Assembly: GCA_965140415.1 (NCBI GenBank)
Contig: OZ223209.1
Span: forward strand, 1,984,001 to 2,048,000
Reading direction: 5' to 3'
DNA length: 64,000 bases
From: Myxococcota bacterium
GTDB lineage: Bacteria; Myxococcota_A; SURF-8
In this document: positions 48,687 through 58,557 of the stretch, piece by piece
Layout of the letters: every line of letters begins with the position of its first letter
Numbering within the stretch: the first letter of the stretch is position 1
The notes under the pieces: model-generated
The model's input: the letters and a program-made list of their open reading frames with translations, nothing else
Told to the model about the DNA's origin: nothing
Databases searched by the model: none
Made by a program: the position numbers and the translations under genes

Positions 48687-50885
48687 ATGAAAAGGAACGA
48701 AGTCATGCGTATCTCTGCTTTACGTGTTTTCGGCGTGTTTCTACTTTGCTGCCTGTTTCTATACGCCTGTTCTGATTCCTCTGAGGATTCGCCCTGGCAG
48801 GGAGATGCAGACGAACCGGAGTTGGAACTGGAATTGGAAGTGGAACTGGAGCAAGAGCAGGAAATCACACCGGTTAATATCGATGCCGCTACAAAAGGCT
48901 TTCAACTTTATTATAAAGAGCGGGTAGAGCGGGCGGTCATCGCATATAACCGCTACGCCATTTTCGGCGATGTCGGTCTGGGCACCAACATCGGAAAAGC
49001 GGGAATCAAAAAGAGCGGGCAGGACATCGAAGTCGTGGCCGGTCCCAACGATAACAACATGATCGGTTACAACACCTGGCATGCCTATATGGCGTATCGC
49101 GTGTTCGGTTCGCGCATCCTGGAGTTGACCCTGCTGCGTATGTTGGAAGGACTGAGCTTTCAAGAGGGCGTCAGCGGTCATCCCGGCCTGACAAATCGCA
49201 TGGCGTTGACCGGTTGGACACTGCAAATCGACGGCCTGAACGGCAGCAGCACAAGAACGCGCGATGGAGCGGAGGTTCAATCGCCCTACAGTATCGAAAG
49301 CGCGCTGGAAACGGAGATCATCCATGCATTTTTCGATCAGTTCCGTTTTACCTATCGTCTGAATCCGGCGGATTTCATGTTCGACTACATGCCCGGCGTT
49401 GAAGTCGGTCCCTATGCCGTGACCTACAGTTTCAGTATGTTGCCCGATTATATCCGTGTTTCCGACTGCTGCGCCACGATGATGCGCACCCCGGAAGGTT
49501 ATGAATGGGAGGGCGCATTCTGGAGCAATCACAACAGCCGCGACAATTTCCCGGATCTCGGTTTGGGGTATCTGGTGGCGCTGGCGTTGGAGCAGGATGA
49601 TTCCATCCCGGAAGAGTTGCATGTTGCCGCCACGCAAGCCATGCAAGCCGGGCAGCGTGTGGGCGATCTGGTGCAACAGTACGAGGGCAAACTGATGACC
49701 GTGGACGAGCACCATCCTTACGACTCGCTGGTGGTTGCCGGCGCGCTGCGCCCGGATGGAGAAACGGAAATCGAGGATCTGGGCAGTCTCTCCGATTGCC
49801 AGACGGCTTTTCTCGCTCGCGCGATTTCTTCTCAGGGCTTGCCCTTACCGGTTCCAGAACTTCCTTTGCCCGGTTCCATCGAGTTTCTGCTGGAAGGCTT
49901 GATCGATGAATGCCATGCCCCCGAAGGGGTTCGCATGTGTAGTGGTCTCGGTGATGCCTTCTGTGAAGGTACCTGGGGCGAGGCTGAGAACATGCACTTT
50001 TTCGGTCATCCCTGGTTGGAGTTCGCGCGGGAAATCGAAGAGGATTCCCCTGGTTCGGCGCAAACCCTGATCGGCTCGTTTCAGGATGACTACTACGAGA
50101 AGACCCTGGCTGTTGTCGCTATCGTCGTTTATGCTGAGACTGTCGGTGATGAAGCCCTGCTTGAGGAAGCGAGAGGAGTCTTGCTGGATATGACGAAGCT
50201 GATGCGCACCTTTGCAGATATCATCTACGAGAAAACCCAGCCGGATCGATGGGTTAACCGGCGCTATGAAGCGGCATTATTCGATGGTTATGGAGGTTTG
50301 GAGGTTCCGGTGGAAGATCTTAACGACTTCGCCCGCGCCGAATCCCACATGGCCCGTTTGGAATCGCTGCTCACCTTAACAGACACCGAACCGGCTGCTT
50401 TATTGACGGATGAAGAAATCTTCGCCCAGGCGGAGGAGCGGCTTGCCGGTCGCAGTGAGACCGTCAAGCAGCGCTATGAGGATCATTATGGCAGTACCCC
50501 TCCGATCCGCCGCACCGATGACGGCTACGAGGCGCGCCGTTACGAGTCGGAAGCGCTTACGGACTGGCAGCCTGTCTCTCGTCCGCAACACCAGATCGTC
50601 GGTGGGTTCAAACTGATGGAAGCGATCAGTTTATGTATTACTGCACCGGAACGGTTGGATTGCACCTGGGCTAAACTCGGTTGTGCGCGTCCCGATCTGA
50701 ACGCCGACCGCAAGGTGGATGAAAGTGACCAGCAGCAGTTCGATTCGCTTTTTCAAAATTATCAGGGACAAGCCTGCGATGACGGAAACCAGTTCTGCGA
50801 GGGGGTCGATTTAGACCAGAGTGGACTGGCGGACGAATACGACCAGGCGTTTATGCTGGCGGCGCAGGGGTGCTGGTACGAGTAG
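48687..50885 (+). CDS. Uncharacterised lipoprotein with a helical core and C-terminal dockerin/EF-hand-like pair
   Basis: Lipobox LYAC; GPNDNN, SGHPGLTNR and NHNSRDN motifs; DLNADRKVDESD and DLDQSGLADEYD. Confidence 0.75.
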   Translation: MKRNEVMRISALRVFGVFLLCCLFLYACSDSSEDSPWQGDADEPELELELEVELEQEQEITPVNIDAATKGFQLYYKERVERAVIAYNRYAIFGDVGLGTNIGKAGIKKSGQDIEVVAGPNDNNMIGYNTWHAYMAYRVFGSRILELTLLRMLEGLSFQEGVSGHPGLTNRMALTGWTLQIDGLNGSSTRTRDGAEVQSPYSIESALETEIIHAFFDQFRFTYRLNPADFMFDYMPGVEVGPYAVTYSFSMLPDYIRVSDCCATMMRTPEGYEWEGAFWSNHNSRDNFPDLGLGYLVALALEQDDSIPEELHVAATQAMQAGQRVGDLVQQYEGKLMTVDEHHPYDSLVVAGALRPDGETEIEDLGSLSDCQTAFLARAISSQGLPLPVPELPLPGSIEFLLEGLIDECHAPEGVRMCSGLGDAFCEGTWGEAENMHFFGHPWLEFAREIEEDSPGSAQTLIGSFQDDYYEKTLAVVAIVVYAETVGDEALLEEARGVLLDMTKLMRTFADIIYEKTQPDRWVNRRYEAALFDGYGGLEVPVEDLNDFARAESHMARLESLLTLTDTEPAALLTDEEIFAQAEERLAGRSETVKQRYEDHYGSTPPIRRTDDGYEARRYESEALTDWQPVSRPQHQIVGGFKLMEAISLCITAPERLDCTWAKLGCARPDLNADRKVDESDQQQFDSLFQNYQGQACDDGNQFCEGVDLDQSGLADEYDQAFMLAAQGCWYE

Positions 50886-50899
50886 GATAAACGAAAGAA

Positions 50900-50921
50900 G
50901 GCGCAGTCTTTCGACTGCGCC
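50900..50921. terminator. Hairpin terminator between convergent genes
   Basis: GGCGCAGTC-TTTC-GACTGCGCC. Confidence 0.75.
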
Positions 50922-50950
50922 CGCTTGTGGTAACTTGAAACTCCGTAGAG

Positions 50951-51883
50951 TTACTTGTAGCTCTTCAGATACTTGAACAGTTCGCTGTCGGTCGTCATGA
51001 TCAGCGAATTGTCCTGGCTTAACGTTTCACGGTAGATTTCCAGGGTTTTCACAAACGAGTAGAAATCCGGATCGCGGCTGTAGGCGTCTGCGTAGATGCG
51101 CGTAGATTCTGCGTCGGCTTTACCTTTGATCTCCTGAGAAGTTCTGTAAGCTTCCGAAGTGATCTGCTTAAGCATCTTATCCTTCTCACCTTCGATCTTC
51201 TGAGCTTCACCACGACCTTCCGAGCGGAATTTCTCCGCGATCTGCTTTCTTTCCGCAATCATGCGTCCGTAAACGGATTTGCGGACTTCCTCGACGTAAT
51301 TGATGCGCTTGATTTTTACATCGACCAGATCGATGCCGAATTTTTCCAACTTGGCGCGACTGGCTTTCAAGATGCCCTGGGTGATCTTCTCCCGTCCCAC
51401 TTTGACTTCGCCTAAGTGGCTCTTTTCTTTGGTCTCTTCCAGCCCGATCTCGAAGGTATCCAGTTCCCGGTTGGTTTTACGAACCGTCTCGATCAGGGGA
51501 TGACTGGTCACGAAGTTGCGCACTCCGGCGTCGATGATGTCGTCCAGGCGGGCCATCGCGCTACGTTCGTTATTCACGGTCTCCAGATATTTCAACGGAT
51601 CGACAATCCGCCAGCGGGCGAAGGTGTCTACCCACAGATAGGTTTTGTCCTTGGTCGGAATTTGACCGGGATCGCCATCCCACTCCAACAGGTTTTTAGG
51701 AAAGACATTCACCCGCTGGATAAATGGAAGTTTGAAATACAAACCCGGTTCGACCTTGGGCTCGCCCACTGATCTTCCGAATTGGGTAATAACCACTTGC
51801 TCGGTTTCGTCTACGGCAAAGGTGCAAGTTAGAAAAATGAAGACGGCCAGAATAATGACGGATAGGGCGATAAGCTGTTTCAT
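50951..51883 (-). CDS. hflC: FtsH protease modulator HflC
   Basis: V.ETEQVVITQFG, PGLYFKLPF, VDV.IKRI, RMIAER..IA..FRSEG, DPDFYSF. Confidence 0.96.
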   Translation of the reverse strand: MKQLIALSVIILAVFIFLTCTFAVDETEQVVITQFGRSVGEPKVEPGLYFKLPFIQRVNVFPKNLLEWDGDPGQIPTKDKTYLWVDTFARWRIVDPLKYLETVNNERSAMARLDDIIDAGVRNFVTSHPLIETVRKTNRELDTFEIGLEETKEKSHLGEVKVGREKITQGILKASRAKLEKFGIDLVDVKIKRINYVEEVRKSVYGRMIAERKQIAEKFRSEGRGEAQKIEGEKDKMLKQITSEAYRTSQEIKGKADAESTRIYADAYSRDPDFYSFVKTLEIYRETLSQDNSLIMTTDSELFKYLKSYK

Positions 51884-52905
51884 TTCGTCACCCCCTTTCC
51901 CTGACCGAGATTGAGTAGCGGCAGGAAGTTTTTCTGATCTTCGTCCACGATTGTCGTTTTGCCCATGCGCGGCAACAGGCCTTTCATGGTTTCGAGATAG
52001 TATCGCCTGCGGGTTACATCCCTCGCTTTGCTATATTCCTTGTACAGCGCCAGGAACCGGCTGGCGTCACCCTTCGCACGATTGACCCGGTCCATCGCGT
52101 AACCTTCCGCACCACGGATCATCTTTTCCGCCTCACCTCGTGCTGCCGGAATGGCCTTGTTATAATCTTCACGAGCCTGATAAATCATCTTCTCTTTTTC
52201 CTGAGTCGCCTGATTGACTTCGTTAAAAGAAGCCTGTACAGCTTCGGGAACGTTGGTCTTTTTCATTTCAATGGTCACGATGTCGATACCCGTTTCGGCG
52301 TCGTCCATTTCTTTTTGCAGCAGTTCGCGCGTTTGATCGGCGATTTCTTCGCGCTTGCTGATCACTTCATTGATCGAACGATCTCCGACGACCAGACGCA
52401 TGGTGGCTTCGGACAGATCGCGCAATGTTTTTTGCACGTCGCGAACTTTGAACAGGAAATTCTTTTCGTCCTTTACGCGATACTGTACGATCCAGGGCAC
52501 TACGGCGACATTGAGATCGCCGGTCAGCATGAGCGATTCTCCCAGATAGGCTCGTCCGCTGGCGTATTCGGTGCGCACTCCAGCGCGCAGCGTACGCAGA
52601 CCGAATTCCTCCTTGTACACGTACTTCACTTTGACTTTGGTAACCTTTTCGATCCCGACCGGAAGTTTGAAACTCATTCCGGGCTGGGCCGTGCGTTCGT
52701 ATTTTCCGAAACGCTGCACCACCCCGACTTCATCGACGGAAACCGTATACACGCAGGTTACTAGCCACAATCCAAGTAAAATCGGAAAGGCGAACCAAAT
52801 TCCCGATGCACTATTCTTCATTTTCTGCTTGAATTGTCTGACCACTTCATCCAGATCCGGTTGTCCGGACCCGTTCCCGTTTCCGGGATGAATCTCAAAA
52901 GGCAT
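51880..52905 (-). CDS. hflK: FtsH protease modulator HflK
   Basis: PDLDE, GVVQRFGK, MLTGDLN, VQASFNEV, A.G.A.RF, VTRRRYYLETM; 4-bp overlap with hflC. Confidence 0.96.
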   Translation of the reverse strand: MPFEIHPGNGNGSGQPDLDEVVRQFKQKMKNSASGIWFAFPILLGLWLVTCVYTVSVDEVGVVQRFGKYERTAQPGMSFKLPVGIEKVTKVKVKYVYKEEFGLRTLRAGVRTEYASGRAYLGESLMLTGDLNVAVVPWIVQYRVKDEKNFLFKVRDVQKTLRDLSEATMRLVVGDRSINEVISKREEIADQTRELLQKEMDDAETGIDIVTIEMKKTNVPEAVQASFNEVNQATQEKEKMIYQAREDYNKAIPAARGEAEKMIRGAEGYAMDRVNRAKGDASRFLALYKEYSKARDVTRRRYYLETMKGLLPRMGKTTIVDEDQKNFLPLLNLGQGKGVTK

Positions 52906-53176
52906 TGTTAACTCCTCATTCTCAAATTATGCGAGTTTCATACTATGCGATGCCAATGCTTGGGTCAAGGTAAGCCGGAAAAAGAAAGACGATTCTGATC
53001 TGTAATCTCATAAGTGGTTGGCATTATTGTGAAATATTTATAATAATTGAGAATTGGTAAATGTTGAATCAAGTAAATCGGTCCAAATTCCCTTGCTTCC
53101 ACACTCGGTTTGAATATGCTGAACGTCTGGAATGGCTTGTACAGTGAAACCTAATTGTTTGAAAGTGACGTACCGC

Positions 53177-55630
53177 ATGAAACACACTCATATCATTCTT
53201 TCCCTGATCCTTCTTCTCTGCTGGATTCCCATGACCGCCTGTGATTCTTCGGATGACGATCCGGTAATCGATGGCGATCTGGAATTGGAAGGTGAGCAAT
53301 CCGAGCTTGAAGAACTCGATGGGGATGTTGAAACCGAAACCGAAGCCGAAGACGAATCCGATCCCATGGCGCTTTTGCCCAACGAACCGGATGCAGCCGA
53401 TCCTGCGCGCGTGATGACCGACGAACCTTATCTTCAGGAGTTTAACCACACGACGAACGAAGTTCCCGAAGGCATGGGTGCTTTGGTTGCGTTAGTCGAA
53501 CCGCCGCAGAGCTTAACGGGCTTCAATCATCCCAGTTACATTGCGTCTCGCGGAATCTGGCGGCAGAACGAACAGGAAAGCTGGGAGATGGTGACAATTC
53601 CGGAAGCGTCATCGGGTCTGATCGCCGCTGAAACCGCCCTGGATACGCTCTTTCTCGCCAGTGCGGATACGCTTTACAAAGTCGAAATGGATGCCACGCT
53701 GTCGGTTGTTGCCGAAGTCACTCCGGGAGTTCAGATTACCAAGCTGGTTTTTGCGGATGACGAATTGATCCTGCTGACCACGAATGGTTGGGCGAGATAC
53801 AATGGAACCGATGCGCCCCAGTGGCAGGCGTTGGAAAATGTTCCGACAACCTTACTGAAAAAGGACGACACGCTTTATCTGGCCTGGGAGAACGTTCTGG
53901 CCGCTTATCCGATCGATGACTTGCCGCAAGTGAGTAACGAGAACTGGCGAGTTGCCCTGGAAATCGGCGTTCCGGTGGCGATTCTGGCCGACCGCACCTT
54001 GCCCGAAGCGCTAGATCTGGTTGTCGTCGGTTCCGATGGCCTTGCCGCATTCAATGTTGAGAGCGATCAGGCGACGAAAGTGCAACCCGACCTGTTCGAA
54101 ACGGGATACATTCCGCTAAACGGAGCCGTAACGGGGGTGGAAGATTCCAATGGTGGTTTTCTCGTCGCTGCCGATGGCGGTGCGTATCGTATTATCGATG
54201 ACGATCTCGGCCCGGAATTCCGGGTGTATGTCCCTGAACGCTGGATGCCCAGCGGCGACGTTCGTGACGTGCTGGTGCAGGGCGAGGGCGTGGGCGGCAA
54301 ACTCTTTTTCGCCACTTCCGCAGGTCCGGGCTGGGTGGATCGAAAAATGTGGACCATCAAGGACAAGACCGACGCCATGATCGAACGCATCGTTTTGCGT
54401 CACAATCGGGAAGGTGCGCTGGCGGATTCCCGCCTGACTGTTCCGGGCGATTTGTCTACCAGCATTCCTTATGACAGCGACAACGATGGCGGCTGGACCT
54501 GTTACTGGGTGCTTTCCGAATGTTTCCGTTACAAGCTTACTGGCGATGCCGAAGCCAAGGCGCATTTCGATGAGTCGCTGGCTCGTATGCTCAGCTTCCG
54601 CACATTGACCGGCACTGACTATTTCCTGGCGCGCTCGGTGATCCGCATCGACGGTTGCCAGTTGGATGACTGCGACGGTCCTGATGATGGTGAGTGGTTC
54701 AAGTCTCCTGACGGTGAATGGTGGGTCAAGGCCAATACCAGTAACGACGAAGTCACCTCGCACATGTTCATGATGGGCCAGGCGTATGATTACTGCGCAG
54801 ATGACGAGCAGAAAGAAGCCATCGCCGCGCATGTAGATGGCATCATCGGTGGAATCGTGGAAAACGGCTACATGCTGTTCGATCCACAAGACGGAAAATG
54901 TACGAAATACGGACAGTTCGATCCTTTCTATGTCAACGATTGGTTTGATGGTTCCGTTGGCGACGGTGGCCGTCGGTCGGCGCAGATGCTGGGCGCGCTC
55001 AATTTGGCATACTATCTTACCGGAAAGCAGAAGTACCTCGACGCCAAAGAAGAATTGATGAGCGAATATCATTACGATCTCAATATCAGTAACATCGCAG
55101 ACGCCGAAATTTATCCTTTCTGTGCGGGAAGCGGTGACTGTGACGAACTGGCCATGCAGGCGTTCTGGCCGCTTCTTCGTTACGAATGGGATCCGGCGTT
55201 GCGGGAACAATGGATGATCGGGTGGAATCGGCTTTACTCGCAGCTTGTCACACAGGAAGATATCTTCTGGGACATCACCAATGCCGCGTTCGGCGGTGAA
55301 ATGGATTACGATTTTACCAACGGCAAGCGCTGGTATCGTCGTTATCCGACCGATCTCGTGCGCTGGAACATTCGCAATCAGGGAAAACGCTTGGATGTCG
55401 GCTCTGTCCCCGCGTATTACATGGTCAAGGAAGAAAACCCCAACTATTTCAAGCGCGCGGACGATCACATTTTTCCCGGCGACGAGCGCCCGAACATTCG
55501 CCACAATGGCCCGCAGTTCCAGTTCTCCGGCGGCTGGGGAAGCTTGCGCGAGCTTGACGGCGGCGACGCGCTCTGGCCGTATTGGCTAGGTCGTTATTAT
55601 GGGTTTATTGCGGAGCCTGAAGCACGATAA
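53177..55630 (+). CDS. Uncharacterised lipoprotein: DGD linker, beta-propeller-like region, helical (six-hairpin-like) domain
   Basis: Lipobox MTAC; SDNDGGWT, NTSNDE..H and PYWLGRY.GF motifs shared with 58558-60483. Confidence 0.8.
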   Translation: MKHTHIILSLILLLCWIPMTACDSSDDDPVIDGDLELEGEQSELEELDGDVETETEAEDESDPMALLPNEPDAADPARVMTDEPYLQEFNHTTNEVPEGMGALVALVEPPQSLTGFNHPSYIASRGIWRQNEQESWEMVTIPEASSGLIAAETALDTLFLASADTLYKVEMDATLSVVAEVTPGVQITKLVFADDELILLTTNGWARYNGTDAPQWQALENVPTTLLKKDDTLYLAWENVLAAYPIDDLPQVSNENWRVALEIGVPVAILADRTLPEALDLVVVGSDGLAAFNVESDQATKVQPDLFETGYIPLNGAVTGVEDSNGGFLVAADGGAYRIIDDDLGPEFRVYVPERWMPSGDVRDVLVQGEGVGGKLFFATSAGPGWVDRKMWTIKDKTDAMIERIVLRHNREGALADSRLTVPGDLSTSIPYDSDNDGGWTCYWVLSECFRYKLTGDAEAKAHFDESLARMLSFRTLTGTDYFLARSVIRIDGCQLDDCDGPDDGEWFKSPDGEWWVKANTSNDEVTSHMFMMGQAYDYCADDEQKEAIAAHVDGIIGGIVENGYMLFDPQDGKCTKYGQFDPFYVNDWFDGSVGDGGRRSAQMLGALNLAYYLTGKQKYLDAKEELMSEYHYDLNISNIADAEIYPFCAGSGDCDELAMQAFWPLLRYEWDPALREQWMIGWNRLYSQLVTQEDIFWDITNAAFGGEMDYDFTNGKRWYRRYPTDLVRWNIRNQGKRLDVGSVPAYYMVKEENPNYFKRADDHIFPGDERPNIRHNGPQFQFSGGWGSLRELDGGDALWPYWLGRYYGFIAEPEAR

Positions 55631-55656
55631 AGCCCTATCGCATTTCATGAAACCAC

Positions 55657-55686
55657 AACGGCGACCTCATTTCCGAGGCCGCCGTT
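55657..55686. terminator. Hairpin terminator between convergent genes
   Basis: AACGGCGACCTC / GAGGCCGCCGTT. Confidence 0.7.
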
Positions 55687-55709
55687 AACATCTTTATGAC
55701 ATTATGACA

Positions 55710-57812
55710 TCAATAATTGATCAACATTTCCACATCTGCTTCCACCACCACATAACCACCTGATGAGGAAGGTGTAATAGAAATTTGACTACCACTATAG
55801 TTAATACAAGTGTCACTTAAATACGTTGTCGACCCCGACGTATCATAGGCGAATCGTGTCGGACTACTCGTTGAACTGGGCCAGTATGTTGCGGTCATGT
55901 TGGCGTACCAGAACGTCGCCGTCGTGTCGGTATCGCCAGTCAACCTGCCGTTCAAATAATAAGTCCGCGCACTTGTACTGGAATTTATAATGATAGACTT
56001 AAAGGAATAATGCCGACGGGCATTGCTACCCATATCCACCATCTCAGCCGGAATGGTTTCATGCACATAATAATAACTGCTGCTGCTACAATCATCCGCG
56101 CTGGTCCCGATATGCAATTCCAAAGTAGAGGACTCTCCCTTCATTTTCGGGTATCTTGCATCGGCTTGACTGCGGATTAAAAGATCATCATTGGAATCGT
56201 TATTAAGTATTCCTTCCTCCAATAGATCAGAATAGGCCGAGAACCGATCCGTGCTCAGCGTACCAGCAGTGATATTACTGGCGTTCTGATAATAGGAGCC
56301 CTGTTGTCCATCAAGCAGATCTGCGTCCAACCCGGAGCCGGCGCCATCGTCGTCCAGAATTTCGCCTAACGCTGCGCCGTCTGCCAGATCTGCCGCCGCC
56401 ACCGTGCCATCGACGATCATCGAAGAGGTGATGCTGTCCGCTTGATCCTCATTAACATAAGTTAAATCATGATCATGCGTGCTTAACGAGTAGCTTTCGG
56501 CCAAATCCGCCGCCGCCACCGTGCCATTAACGATCATGGAGGATGTTACGCTGTCGGTTTGGCCTTCATTAACGTAGGTTGTATCGTGATTGTGATCGTC
56601 TGCGGCATAGCCGTTATTGGCGACCCAGGTGTCGACCTGTTCTTCATCGACCGTCGTGTTTTCATCGGTTGCGCAGGTCCATTCTGTGCCGGTCCATTTG
56701 GCGATTTCGTTCTCGGCGCATTCCAGATCGGCCAGTGTATCGGTGTTTGGATCGGTGGTGTCGATATCGGTTGCGCAGGCCCATTCGGTGCCGGTCCATT
56801 TCGGGACTTCATTCTCGGCGCATTCCAGATCGGCCAGTGTATCGGTGTTTGGATCGGTGGTGTCGATATCGGTTGCGCAGGCCCATTCGGTGCCGGTCCA
56901 TTTGGCGACTTCGTTCTCGGCGCATTCCAGATCGGCCAGCGTATCGGTATTTGGATCGGTGGTGTCGATATCGATTGCGCAAGCCCATTCGGTGCCGGTC
57001 CATTTGGCGATTTCGTTCTCGGCGCATTCCAGATCGGCCAGTGTATCGGTATTTGGATCGACGAGATCCACGTCACATTCCCAGTCTGCCCCATTAAATC
57101 GAGCGATTTCACCGGTTAAGCAACTCAGTCCGCCTAGCGTGTCTTGATCTTCTGTGCTGTTTTCATCCGCTGCGCAGATCCACGCATTGCCATCCCATTT
57201 CGGAACCTGTCCGCTTTCGCAACTCAATGCTGCTAAAAGATCCGTATTGGTGTCAACCGTGTCGATATCCGGGGCGCAGATCCAGCTATTTCCATCCCAT
57301 TTCGGAATTTCATTGGCAGCACAGGCAAGCGTGGCTTTGGCCAAAGTGTTGACAGTCGGATCGCTTTCTTCTGTCAGATAGCCTTGCTCGTCGAAAAGAT
57401 CGCGAATTTCACCTTCACTGAGCGCATTGTCCGCTACTTGCGCGCGAGAAGCATAGGGCGCGGAGGCAATCGGCTGGCGCGGCGCAAGTTCCTCGTCGTC
57501 GCCGATGCGGATGCCGATCCAAAGTGGTGAACCGCTAAATACGTTGGCATCCAGTGGATTGATGGCTCCACCCAGTTCGACATTCAGCACGCCAAGTGCA
57601 ATCTCGACATTCTTTGTCTGCTGCCAGATGACATCTCCATCTGTCGCTGCATTGTAAAGTGTAAATACAATGACATAGCTGCCATCCAGCGCCTCTCCAT
57701 CGGTGTCGGTCAGATAGCCTTGAAAGGTCATGCTTTCCGGCACTTCGGCAAAAGCCGTCATGCAGAGAAGCATAAGCAGCGCTCCAAATATTGCGTTTGT
57801 AATGGTTTTCAT
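55710..57812 (-). CDS. Secreted tail-fibre-like protein with C-x7-W-x-G-x-x-W-x-C repeats
   Basis: Signal peptide AFA-E; (F/Y)QG.LTD..G...G....F.LY...PR......PYA head domain; 7 Cys/Trp repeats; HxHD motifs; GSGLDADLLDG. Confidence 0.8.
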   Translation of the reverse strand: MKTITNAIFGALLMLLCMTAFAEVPESMTFQGYLTDTDGEALDGSYVIVFTLYNAATDGDVIWQQTKNVEIALGVLNVELGGAINPLDANVFSGSPLWIGIRIGDDEELAPRQPIASAPYASRAQVADNALSEGEIRDLFDEQGYLTEESDPTVNTLAKATLACAANEIPKWDGNSWICAPDIDTVDTNTDLLAALSCESGQVPKWDGNAWICAADENSTEDQDTLGGLSCLTGEIARFNGADWECDVDLVDPNTDTLADLECAENEIAKWTGTEWACAIDIDTTDPNTDTLADLECAENEVAKWTGTEWACATDIDTTDPNTDTLADLECAENEVPKWTGTEWACATDIDTTDPNTDTLADLECAENEIAKWTGTEWTCATDENTTVDEEQVDTWVANNGYAADDHNHDTTYVNEGQTDSVTSSMIVNGTVAAADLAESYSLSTHDHDLTYVNEDQADSITSSMIVDGTVAAADLADGAALGEILDDDGAGSGLDADLLDGQQGSYYQNASNITAGTLSTDRFSAYSDLLEEGILNNDSNDDLLIRSQADARYPKMKGESSTLELHIGTSADDCSSSSYYYVHETIPAEMVDMGSNARRHYSFKSIIINSSTSARTYYLNGRLTGDTDTTATFWYANMTATYWPSSTSSPTRFAYDTSGSTTYLSDTCINYSGSQISITPSSSGGYVVVEADVEMLINY
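56660..57060 (-). repeat. 102-bp coding tandem repeat, 4 near-identical units
   Basis: CATTCCAGATCGGCC recurs at 56719, 56821, 56923 and 57025 (34-aa unit). Confidence 0.95.
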
Positions 57813-57876
57813 AATGGTCTCCTTGTGATCTCAAGAGAAAATAGAGTATTTCTAACGTAGTTTTTCATTTCTTCGT

Positions 57877-58356
57877 TTATTGCTGCGGCATGATTAGCGG
57901 TTTGAATTGCAACCGGTATTGGTCGCTTTGAGCTTGCAACATCAGTGGTGCCGGTGCAAAACTGAAATGCAATTGGTATTCACTGGATTGTACACGCCCT
58001 CCGGCACTGACCCAGCGACCGCCAGTTAAACCGTCAGGCATGACGACGCTGCTATCGCCATCAGCCTGATCGCCGTCGGGTATATCTCCATCCGATTGAT
58101 CGCCATCGGGCGAATCTCCATCCGGGAGATCACCGTCTGAGAAATCGCCATCCGGGTTGTCGCCATCCGGAAGATCACCATCCGACTGATCGCCGTCTGC
58201 ATGATCTCCATCCGGGAGATCACCATCGGAAAGATCCCCATCCGTAATTGTATCTCCGTCGGAAATATCGCCATCGGCTGGGGGGGACGTCGTGTCATCG
58301 CTGCAACCACTTACCAGCACGATAGCTACAACGAGTAAAAGGACTGAAAGCCGCAT
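57877..58356 (-). CDS. Small lipoprotein with 15 DGDxx repeats and a short C-terminal beta segment
   Basis: Lipobox VSGC-SDD; GGAGG RBS; directly upstream of the fibre gene. Confidence 0.82.
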   Translation of the reverse strand: MRLSVLLLVVAIVLVSGCSDDTTSPPADGDISDGDTITDGDLSDGDLPDGDHADGDQSDGDLPDGDNPDGDFSDGDLPDGDSPDGDQSDGDIPDGDQADGDSSVVMPDGLTGGRWVSAGGRVQSSEYQLHFSFAPAPLMLQAQSDQYRLQFKPLIMPQQ

Positions 58357-58557
58357 TATCCACCTCCGAAAGTCTATGAAAGGAAAGAGGTTTCCTAAAA
58401 ATACAGGGAAAGCACACCAAACCCGATCAAGTGTTTACGTTAACTTGATCTTTGTATACAGCTTTTATTGACGCTCTCTGTTGAATGGACTACGTTATTT
58501 ACCAGTAGGATATCATTCTTCACTGTGCTGTCAACCCACTTGTTTTCTGGAGGAACC

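Noticed and set aside
56660-57060. Regular repeats as a possible CRISPR array
   Set aside because: Whole 102-bp units repeat in frame within a CDS; no unique spacers and no cas genes
55710-57812. Prophage tail gene
   Set aside because: Has a Sec signal peptide; no capsid, terminase, baseplate or integrase genes nearby
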